Assembly: GCA_951406725.2 (NCBI GenBank)
Contig: OX597820.1
Coordinates: 112,964,001-113,028,000, forward strand
Length of the DNA stretch: 64,000 nt
Source of the DNA: Octopus vulgaris
Lineage: Eukaryota
Direction: 5' to 3'
This document shows, piece after piece, positions 53,400 through 64,000 of the stretch. The notes below the pieces were generated by a model. That model was not told the origin of the DNA. It made no database searches and was given only the letters and a program-made list of their open reading frames with translations. Each line of letters begins with the position of its first letter. Position 1 is the first letter of the stretch. A program made the position numbers and the translations under genes.

Positions 53400-54710
53400 T
53401 AAAACATTCCATGAATAAATGAACTAGATACGATAGAACACACACAAATGAAAGAGAAGAAATGACAACTATAGACGAGTCAGATTAATACTGCAGACAG
53501 AGCTCAATGTGAAAAACAAGATAATAGGTACCAACACTCTAGTCATTTCAGTTATAAGTTACAGCTACAATATCCTTAACTGGACACTAAATGAACTAAT
53601 CAAAATAGACAGGGAAGCAAGAAAAATAACGATGGGATTTTGAATGCACCGCCCAAAATCTGACACAGAAAGGTTATATATATACAACGTATCGAAGGTG
53701 GTAGAGGCCTTATACAGCTAGAAAACTATTATAAAATAACCACCATAGGACTGCACAAATACTTACTTCAGAAGCAAGGAAAACTAATACAAATAACCAC
53801 AAAACACGAACAAAACAAAAAAAGCTGTTTCCTGTTTTTAAGGAAGCTGACAAATACAAAAAAATTGTCATAATACCTAACAGTTATGAAGAAAAAGAGG
53901 AAACAACAAAAGCTTTAAAACAACTGAAGTCCAAACTAAAACTTGAACAGCAACAGATCATGATAAAACGATGGCAAGAAAAGCCGCTACATGGCAAATA
54001 TTGGGTTAAGCTAAATAGAATAGAAATAGGCAAAGCGAAATCTCAACAATAGCTGAGAAGCTCAGGACTCAAAGCAAAGACAGAAGGATTGTTGACTGCA
54101 GTACAAGAACAAAACCATCCCACCAGAAATCACCAAAAGCATGTAATGAAAAGAAATACAAGTAACTGTAGAATATGTGGTGATGGAAAAGAAACAATAA
54201 ATCGTATTGTTTTTGGCTACCCAGTCATAGCTAAGAAGGAATGTATTCACAAACACAACAGAGTTGGGACCTACATACACTGGAAGCTATGCCAGCACTA
54301 CAGGATAACAACAAAAAAAAAGATGGTATAGGCACACCCCAGAAAAGGCCACAGAAAATGAGAAAGCAACCATACACTGGGATATGCTAATACACACAGA
54401 TAGAGAAATTAAGGCCAAGAGGCCGGATATAGTTGTCAGAGATCACGAAGATAAAAAAATGTTTTCCAGACGATGTATCAATACCAACAGACGACAATGG
54501 TTCTCTAAAACAACCGAGAAACTTTCAAAATACAAAGATCTGAAAATAGAGGTAACTCAAATGTGGAACCTAAAAACCGAAACAATTCCTATTATAGGTG
54601 CATTAGGTATGATAAAAAAACATTCAGACAAATACATAACAAAAACACCAGAACTAACAAGTATATATAACATACAGTAAATAACACATCCTACGTAAAA
54701 CACTTTCAAT
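53400..54710 (+). mobile_element. R4/Dong-like LINE 3' fragment
   Basis: EGGRGLIQLE, W..KPLHGKY, GLKAKTEGLL.A.QEQ, CRICG...ETI, ILWDMLIHTDREIKAKRPDIVV, EKLSKYKDL.IE, IPIIGALG. Confidence 0.85.
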
Positions 54711-54948
54711 ACAGGGAAAATAAAAGTACCACAACAAACTACAGCACAGTATAATAAACACAAATACATACACGCGCACGCACACATTTTATTGAATTCG
54801 GTGTTTAAATTTTATACAAAGGACTACTTTTTCTGTGTAAGTATGGACATTGTCGTCGTACTGTGTTTGAAATAAGTGCATATTTGTTTCAGTAATTAAA
54901 AGAACTAATCAACATAAAAGCTACGTTTTTTGTTTATAATATGTTTAT

Positions 54949-55004
<56 letters not shown>

Positions 55005-55032
55005 GTGTGTATGTGTGTATACATACATATAT

Positions 55033-55085
<53 letters not shown>

Positions 55086-55884
55086 CACACACACACATGC
55101 ATATGTATACGTACATACATATACACATCACACGCACACACATATATATTAGACATTCATATTGTGTGTATATTGAAAATGATCAATAACTATTATTGAG
55201 TGTTAACTATATTATAAGTGGTGTCTGTTCTATGATTTTTGGTCTATAAAGGCCAATTCTACCACCACCACCATCATCATCATCATCACCATCGTCGTCA
55301 TCAGTTTCATCATTTCCATCGTCGCCATCATGTTTGTTAGTAGTTTACATTATCAGCCTCTCCAATAAACAGATATTAGAACTTCTAATTAACTCTCTTA
55401 GCTTGTAGCCAAATCACATACGCACCCATCTGTGTCGTCTTAAATAAGAACAAAATAGATGGCCATAGCTGGAATGTCTTTGATAATAATTCTGCTCAAA
55501 AAGCGATGTTTTCTGAGTGGGTTGACTCATTGTTATTTCCTTTACAGCTCCTGCCCAAAAGCTTCCTTCAACTGGACAGCTGATATTTATTGTTGTTATC
55601 GTTATTATTAAGGCGGCGAGCGAGCATAATTGCTGATGCCCCATCTTTACGTTCTGAATTCATTCTTCCCCGGGGTCCACTTTGTTTCTCGTTCTTTCGG
55701 AGTCGATAAAATATTTACCAGTTGAGCACTATGGTCGATATAACTTCTCCCCCCCCCCCCTCAAAAACTGCTAACACTGAGCTCAAAATTTGAAACCATC
55801 ATGAAGACTCCGAGCTGATAGAATCGTTTGCACATCAGACAAAATACTTAGCAGCGTTTTGTCCCCAGCTCTGACAAAAGGCGA

Positions 55885-56590
55885 TGGTTTTCTTGGAGGC
55901 CACTCCAGGTCATCAGCATCACTCGAACTAATCACAAACTTCGCATAAGACAAATGCCTGCTCGAATAATTTCACGTTTTCCCACTTTATTTCTAACCCC
56001 AAATGACTTTTTGATATCTTGCACTATGTCTTTTACCATTTCTAAGTCAAGAATTCTGTCAACTCTGTAAAAGGAAACTACTTTATATTCTTAAACACGT
56101 CTATAGAGCTTGCTTATCGATGTAAACATTGGCAGAAACATACCTTTAGTCCATATAAGTGATAACTACCATTCTATATAATTTGAACACTGATTTTCTT
56201 CTTACATTTCACTTCCACTCGATGTATCTATTTCCAAGCCTTTATTTTAATTCACATATCGCTCTATATTTCTCCTTTATTAGTTTTCTGCTTATTTCTT
56301 TCCTTTACCCTTTCTCTATCTATAGGCTTTCTTTGACGTTATATCTTCTAACTTCTTTTTAAAAATCTAAAAGCGTTCCGTTCATCATTATACACATCCA
56401 TCACATTCTGTTAAAATGTCTTATTGATGAGTTTGGTTTCTTTCTTTCTTTCTTTCTTTCTTTCCCTGATGTGAAGATTACATTGTTTTACATCATTTTA
56501 TTCCTTTGGAACAATACCAATGTTGTCTTCGAAACATATGTCGGAAGTAAAAAGAATTTGAATAACACCTGTGTTTAACTCCATTTATAT
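55885..56590 (+). mobile_element. PLE 3' end (GIY-YIG tail + pseudo-LTR)
   Basis: Decayed FCQLCK...YIL and ELAYRCKHWQK, followed by an HHR and ending at (TA)n. Confidence 0.6.
56461..56547 (+). ncRNA. Type I hammerhead ribozyme motif with long helix II (A9 altered)
   Basis: TTCC-CTGATGT-GAAGAT.ACATTG...CAATGT.GTCTTC-GAAAC-ATAT-GTC-GGAA. Confidence 0.7.
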
Positions 56591-56786
56591 ATATATCGTT
56601 GTTGTTGTTAAATGCTCCAAATACGAGGCTAGAAAGACAGCCAACAACTGATGAAGGTCGTTTTTTATGGTGTTTGTTTTGTTTTCATTTGTATCTTTCG
56701 TTGTTCGAAGGAATAGTTTATGTTCCATGTACTCGTGCTTCGTACTTCTTTCTTGTACACGTTTCGTGACGTACTGTGGCTGCATA

Positions 56787-56931
<145 letters not shown>

Positions 56932-57033
56932 TATAGATAGATAGATAGATAGATAGATTCAGATGAATATATTACTTAAGTCAAAGGCACCAGAATGTTG
57001 TATGGTATTATCCATATAAATCCACGGGGTGAT

Positions 57034-57411
57034 TATAATCAAAATAAGCAACAAGTATATCTGTGGTAATGTGGTGCGATCGTTTCATGCTACTTCATTT
57101 TATTAAACACTGTAAGCATACATTGCTTACAGTTATTAAACACTGTAAACACTACTCAGAGAGTAGTTTTAATACTATCATGTTCTTAAGGGAGAAATCA
57201 ACTCTCTGTCTCTATTTCTACCCTCTTTATAATGTTGGCAAATGAATTAGGGATAAGAATGTGCATTGTCCGGTTGTTTGGAAAATTTCTAAAGGTGGCT
57301 GAAGATTGCTCAACATTTTAAAACTGATGTAATACTTACAGTGTTTAATAAAATGAAGTAGCATGAAACGATCGTACCACACAACCTCGGATATACTTGT
57401 TGCTTATTTTG

Positions 57412-57417
<6 letters not shown>
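57034..57417. repeat. Fold-back PLE pseudo-LTR-like element
   Basis: Arms 57034-57119 and 57332-57417. Ends at (TA)n. Confidence 0.8.
57295..57380 (+). ncRNA. Type I hammerhead ribozyme, intact core
   Basis: GTGG-CTGAAGA-TTGCT...AGCAT-GAAAC-GATC-GTA-CCAC. Confidence 0.75.
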
Positions 57418-57472
<55 letters not shown>

Positions 57473-58196
57473 TTATATATATATATATATATATATACCT
57501 ACCTACCTCTCTACCAACCTACCTACCTACTTTCCTACATGCATACGTACATACATTAGTAAAATGATATATTGGCTAAATTCTTCGGGTCAAGAGCCAC
57601 ACTGTTCTGTGACACGTATTTTCTTCCACGTATTTTCTTTTACTTGGACTTTACTAGTATCTATATGTCTTCTGGGCTCGGAAATCTATCAAAAACAGTT
57701 ACTGCCGTCATCATTGCTACTTGCAATATCACATTATAAAATTTGTGTCACTTTTTCTTTTGATCTCTAACTGTAACTGTTCCTCCTTATAACAACGTCT
57801 GGTTATTCAGTTCCAATTTTTGTCTGGTTTTTTTTTTTCTGTCTTTTCACAGTCTCTTTCTGCAACCGTTTATGGCATATATTCACTCGTACCATAATCT
57901 AGACTAGTATATCCTCTCGCCATTACAGAAGTGGCTATCGTGTACCATTAATGAACAAAGCAAAATGAATGCTTGCAGAAAGATATGTACACAATAAAAA
58001 TGTCTTATTTTTTTTCCTTTTGGAAGTATTTTGCGGAAGAAAGGAAAACGAAACACTTTTTTTTCTCATTCTTTAATCCCGAAAGAAATCACCTCCTAAA
58101 TAGAGTGCTGTGAAACGCATGCGTCGACCACTACACCAACCATCACCACCACCGCCGCCGCCACCACCACCACCACCATCACAACCACCACCGCCG

Positions 58197-58242
<46 letters not shown>

Positions 58243-58466
58243 AGCAGTGACTAAAATGATTTTATGTTTATTAGCCTCAAGGGCTCGGAGAGATGCAAAT
58301 AGTACGAAACTTTGACAAGGGGTTAGAAAGAGAGAAAAGATACCGTGGAGTATAAATAGAAAATGCGTTTACAAATTACAATGGGAAGGGCAAGAGACGT
58401 TATGGAATGTATGGAATGGCATATTCAGAATTTTAAAGGTGCACAGGCCTACATACACAAACACAA

Positions 58467-58502
<36 letters not shown>

Positions 58503-59599
58503 CTCAACTGCCATTTATTTTATCAACCCTGAAAGGATGAAAGGCAAAGTTGACCACGGCGGAATTTGAACTCAGAAAGTAGTGACGAGTGAAATGCCGC
58601 TAAGAGTTGTGCCCGGTGTGCTGACGATTCTGCCAGCTCACCGTCTTAAATTTAAAACAATATAATGAATGGAAGTGAAATAGAAAGGATTATTACTTAT
58701 GTTGAATTCGGGTGCTCCCCGGCTTCGTTCATATAACTATTTCTCAAATTCTAAACTGAGTGCAGCCAACTGCACCTGTAAGCATTTCTTGAGATATTTG
58801 GTGTTCCTGTATGACTCTGTTGTGCTTGCGTATCTTATGATTTTGTAAATCCGTTTTGACATCTCCAATATCCAGGTCATTTGTTAAACCTATTTTGACT
58901 TCCCTGCCATATCGCGATACAAATGGGACTATTACCCATGGATCTACGTTGTTGCTAGTGTCTCTTGATGTCGTCCCTTTGCGTTTCTTTGACCCATGTA
59001 CTGAATCAAAAATGTGTAGTCAGAGTTATGTCTAACAATTTTGTGTGTTTTGGTTGATTTTTTAATTTAAAGGTACAGCAGATAGTGCCAGAGCTTTTGC
59101 CATTCTCAGTTGAGAGAAACGTCTGATACGTTTTGGGAAGTCATGTTATGAAGGAAAATTTAGACGGCTTCCGTTTTTGCTTAAGCAGAAATACATTCAT
59201 TTTTCTCTCTTCTGAATTATCGCCTGATTATCTCCAGTGGCAAAGAAATGCCGTTCGGTTTTGTGGAATTCTCTGGCTTACATATATTTCTTGTAATTGC
59301 GATAGATTAAAAAAAAGTCTATTTGTTCATTTTATATTAAAGGAAAGCTTACCTTCATACAACTGTTGTATGAACGGCCTTCAGTATTTGAATTCGTGTA
59401 CAAGCTTTTGCTGTTCTTATTATAATTGCTGTCATTGGGATTAGTTATCTGACTTATCTGATTATGTGGGACATTTTCTTCTTTCAACGTTCCTTTTCTT
59501 CTATTTCTTTTTCATGTTTCAGCCCGAATGTTGTAGTCATGCTGAGCACAACCAGTGTAATTTACCCTTTTCACCAGCCATTCTTATGCGATTTGCTTT

Positions 59600-59945
59600 A
59601 GGTGAAGGAGGGACTTCGACTCCAGTATTTTATCGGTCCTGAAAGTCTCGGCGGAATTTGAACTTAAAAAGTAAGGAGCCAAAAGAAATGCAGTTAAGCG
59701 TTTTGCCCGATGCGCCAACGTTTCTACCGGTTCGCTGTCTTCTTTCTAATTTTAGCACAAGACTAGAAATTTCGAGTGGAATGTCGATTACATCGATACC
59801 AGTCTTTCATTGGTATTTTATTTTATTGACACCATAAGGGATGAAATGCATATTTGACCTCAGCAGGATTTGAGTTCAGAACGTAGCGCCGGAAGAAATG
59901 CCGCTAAGCATTTTGTCCAACGCGCTGACGAGTTTGCCAGCTCGT
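59600..59945 (-). mobile_element. Tandem SINE family B copies
   Basis: Two head-to-tail decayed units. A further copy lies at 58500-58650(-). Confidence 0.7.
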
Positions 59946-60894
59946 CTGATAGTTAAAGTGCTATCAGTATTAATAAAACCTGATATATAACATTGACTTG
60001 GCAATGGATACAATAGGTCACGTCTGTTCAGATTGACAAGGTGGTTAAAATAAAAAAAAAGCCGTAGATATCATAAACGAAAGTTAGTAAATGAAAACCT
60101 AAGTACTTTGATTACATAGGTTTTAAATTTACTAACTTTGAGAGACATCTTGATCCCTTTCTTAACCAAAATGTAACCTGGAAGAAAATCGTAAAATTAT
60201 AAAGGTACAAGAAACTTAAAAAAGAAATTTAAAATTTAGAATATGAAATTAAAGATGGGTTAATAATAATGATACGCTCGTTGTGATTAAAGAAAGGAGC
60301 ATAAAGAAAAATATAAACATATTAGGTTGCCCGATTTTTATACACGATCTAAAATGTAGCTTTATACATATTTTAAGCAAGACACTTAAAATTTGTATAA
60401 CAAAGCTCACACAAAACAGACACTATGCAATCAGCTGATACTATAACCCAAGTCATACAAAGCATTTTTATTACACAATTGCCATCACTACTCGAGCATA
60501 CGTCATGCAATGCATTTTCTCCACAGGGTCGTGTTATACACAACACAAGGCATTCGCCTTAAGCGTTAAAACCTGGCGACACTTCACAAATTCTGTATAA
60601 CATTATTTCTTATTATATTTCTTAATTCAACAAAAATACAGAGAGGAAAAGAGGTCACTTACAGAACAGAAGTGAATGGAGGACAGGTTTGGAGTGGATG
60701 GGGAAGAAAGGGGTCACCTGTTACACAATTCGGCATTAAACATTTAACTTGCCAAATAAACAGATTTATTAGCGATAGTCGTGAAAATAATACTATAGAT
60801 CCCTTACGTGCTAGTTAATGGTCATTTTTCACCTGCGTTTTCCAGCTTGAGTGAAGGTCATTGCAAGAGGAATTTGCAGATAATATCACTAGAA

Positions 60895-60996
60895 AGGTGG
60901 TCGAAAAATAAGTACCAGCTAAACACTGGGGTTGATGTAATCGATTTAACTCCACCCACTCCTAAAATTGCTGGCTTCGTGCTAAAATTTGAAACT

Positions 60997-61039
<43 letters not shown>

Positions 61040-61331
61040 CCATCATTATCACCAAGGCGGCGAGCTGGCAGAATTGTTAGCACGCCGGACAAAATGCTTA
61101 GCACTATTTCATCCGTCTTTACGCTTTAAGTTCACATTCCAACGAAGTTGACTTTTATCCTTTCGGGTTCTGTATCCTAAATACCAGTCGAACACTGGGG
61201 ACGGCTGAAGTAATCGGCTTACTCCCGCCCCTGAAATTGCAAGCCCTCTGCTAAAATTCCAAATCATCATCACCATTATCATCATCATCATCACCATCAT
61301 CATCACCATCATCATCATCATCATCATCATT

Positions 61332-61365
<34 letters not shown>

Positions 61366-61820
61366 CCATTATCATCATTAAGGTGGTGAGTTAGCAGCAA
61401 CGCGAGCTCACCGAAAAAAATGCTTTACAGGATACGTCCATCTGTACATCTCAGGTTCAAATTCCACTGAAGTTTGTCTTTCATTTTTTCGGAGTCGATG
61501 AAATAAGTACTAATTGAGCCCTGCAGTCAATGTATTCGACTCACCCACTCCCCTAAAATTGCTGGCTTTGTGTCAAAATTTGAAATCCTAATTATTAAGA
61601 ATAATGATAATAATATTTTTGGCAAAAGGCCAACGTTTTCGGGGGAGGGGTTAAGGTCGATTACATCGCCTCCGGTGTTCAACTGGTGCATATTTATCGA
61701 CCCCGAAACGATGAGTGGATGAAACCTCGGCGAAATTCGAACTCAGAACGTGAAGATGGACAAAATACCGCTAAGCATTTCGCCCGGTGTGCTAACGATT
61801 CTGTCATCTCGCCACCTTAA
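60895..61820. mobile_element. Cluster of SINE family B units separated by (ATC)n, last unit inverted
   Basis: Plus units at ~60895-60995, 61053-61262 and 61380-61585; minus unit at ~61620-61818. Confidence 0.8.
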
Positions 61821-61880
61821 GAAGAAGAAGAAGAAAAAAAAGAAGAAGAAGAAGAAGAAGAAGAAGAAGAAGAAGAAGAA

Positions 61881-61959
<79 letters not shown>

Positions 61960-62179
61960 AATTAAAGTGACAGAAAAGTGGTTTGAACACTTATTCCTTC
62001 CCTTATTAATTTGGAGAGATTCCATTAACCGTTATTATCATTTACCATCACAGCCAGAAGATATGATGGTAAATAATAATTAGACAAGTCCCATGATTAT
62101 TGTGGACAAAGAAAAAAATAGTGTAAGATCCATAGACTTTTCAATACCATAAAATCGAGTGTCTAGTAAAGAAATATAG

Positions 62180-62580
62180 GCACAGGCGTGGCTGTGTGGT
62201 AAGAAGCTTGCTTCTCAACCACAAGACTCTGAGTTCATTCTCACTGCGTGACACATTTGACATGTGTCTTCTACTGTAGCCTCGAGCCGACCAAAGCCTT
62301 GTGAATGGATTTGGTAGATGGAAACTGAAAGAAGCTTGGCATTTGTGTGTGTGTATGTGTGTGTGTGTGTGTGTTTGTGTCTGCATTTGTACCCCACCAC
62401 CGCTTGACAACGGGTGATGGTGTTTTTACATCCCCGTAATTTAACGGTGCGACAAAAGAGATCGATAGAATGAGAACCAGGCTTAAGAGACAAACGTACT
62501 GGGATCGCTTCATTAGACTAAAAATTTCTCAAGGCGTTATCCCAGCATGGCCACAATCTGATGACAGAAACATGATAAGG
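62180..62580 (+). mobile_element. SINE family A
   Basis: Homologous to 36355-36765. Confidence 0.85.
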
Positions 62581-62599
62581 GACAAAAGATAAAATACGA

Positions 62600-63195
62600 G
62601 GACCTAGCAAGAAAGACAAGAGACTGCAAAAGACAAATTTAACAATTGTTCTTGTGGTAATTGATGCAGTGGGCACAACACACAGAATGCTAACGAGGAG
62701 TCTGAAGGAAACTGGAACTGAAACTAGCATCGTCGACCTGAAGAAATGCGCCATCCTACATTCTGACAGACATGTTGTCAACCTAACAGCGAGACAACAT
62801 CCCTGCGACCATGAGATAGGGAATAGGAAGCCGGACTTAGTTTTAATTGATAAGGGAAACAAACTATGCTGACAACAAGGTATGCGATAAGGAAGAAAGA
62901 AAAGTTGAGAGATATGACAGGTTAGCTTGGGAAGTTAAGCAGTTGTGGTCGATGAAAAAGGTAGCAGTAGTACCAATAACTGTCGGAGTCCTGGGAACAG
63001 TGAGCAAAAATCTCGAGAAGTATGTGGAACAAATAGGGGCTACAATAAGGGTGGAGCACTTGCAGAAAACAGCACTGTTTGGAACCGCTCGAAAACTCTG
63101 GAAGGTGCTCGAAAAATAAGAGGTGTTACCTTAGTTCACTGGTAGTGAACAGCTGACACCATAGTACATCGCCAGCGTTGGAAGCTGTGCAAAGG

Positions 63196-63269
<74 letters not shown>
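62600..63269 (+). mobile_element. R4/Dong-like LINE 3' end(s) with (TAA)n tail
   Basis: CDHEIGNRKPDLVLIDK...KEERKVERYDRL..E.K.LW...VVPITVGVLG...LQKTALFGTAR.L.KVL*, then a short UTR and (TAA)n at 63198-63269. An older 3'-end scrap lies at 62600-62780. Confidence 0.85.
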
Positions 63270-63519
63270 TTCTCCAAATATTCCTATCTAGTTACTTAAT
63301 GAAAAGACCGCTTTACCATGAGGCTAGCAGTACAACGCCAAAGAAAGTTAGTTAAACATTTCTTCTTCCATTTTTGTTTTCTTTTTTTTTATCTTCTTCA
63401 AATATTCCTGTCCAGCTACTGTAATGAAAAAGATCGCTTTGCCATGAGACCGATGCGAACACCACCACCTCTTCCCCGTATTCAAACTGGGAGTGAGGCA
63501 ATTATTCTTTCTTTTTTTC

Positions 63520-64000
63520 CTTCGGTCAGGATGTCGGTGGCTAAACCGGTAACCCCGCAGAGCTTGCTCTGTGAGGAGGGTGTATGATTCTTGCTATTTT
63601 GACACCCTACAAGAAGAACAAACCTGTATACAGGCTAATGAACTCTTACGAGAACGGCGTGAATGAGGTTGGAATACCTTTTGAAGGTCTCTCACCCCGT
63701 GGGTACCCCATGGGTGAGCAGCGTCATAAAGCAACAGCTAAAAGAGGGTGGACGAAAGAAATGAATGTAGCTGTAATAGAGTGCTACTTTCTGGGTAATC
63801 TGAGAAATGATAATTAAATACTCGTTAGGGGACACAGGAAAAGAATGCATAGGGCATAGAGCGACAGAGGTCTATTTGAATTAAGTAAACAAAATCTGTG
63901 TGACCAATCTAGCGCCATCAGAAAGAATGAATGGATATCTCCAGTTGGACTAGAAAGCATTAAGAGACGGGTGCTTAGGGATAGTGATACCAGCTGTGAA
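63520..64000 (+). mobile_element. 5' region of an R4/Dong-like LINE (continues beyond the window)
   Basis: RGWTKEMNVAVIECYF...GHRKRMH.AW...QNLCDQ..AIRKNEWIS..LE.IK, the N-terminal motif of R4-type ORFs. Confidence 0.65.

Noticed and set aside
63520-63590. Possible HDV-like ribozyme in the R4-like 5' UTR
   Set aside because: Only one hairpin (CGCAGAGC-TT-GCTCTGTG) is evident; I could not build the nested double pseudoknot.

Overview
AT-rich, repeat-saturated eukaryotic DNA, either intergenic or intronic. I find no convincing host protein-coding exon. The SINE families and the very high density of (TA)n, (CA)n, (TATG)n, (GATA)n and trinucleotide microsatellites suggest a cephalopod, probably Octopus; this is an inference from recognising the repeats and was not checked by search. 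Most ORFs in the supplied track are microsatellite artefacts. The real coding remnants all come from transposons: Penelope-like elements (PLEs; RT plus GIY-YIG), Tc1, mariner and pogo/Tigger transposases, and CR1, RTE, R4/Dong-like and L1/Tx1-like LINE fragments. There are also two non-autonomous Helitron-like elements and at least four tRNA-derived SINE families. The most notable hidden signal is about a dozen type I hammerhead ribozyme (HHR) motifs, several with an intact core: stem I - CUGANGA - helix II - GAAA - short palindromic helix III - NUH - stem I'. They lie at PLE 3' ends and inside short fold-back elements next to (TA)n, and four have unusually long helix II insertions. The window also holds a textbook twin-priming 5' inversion in an RTE LINE and a near-perfect hairpin with ~208-bp arms.
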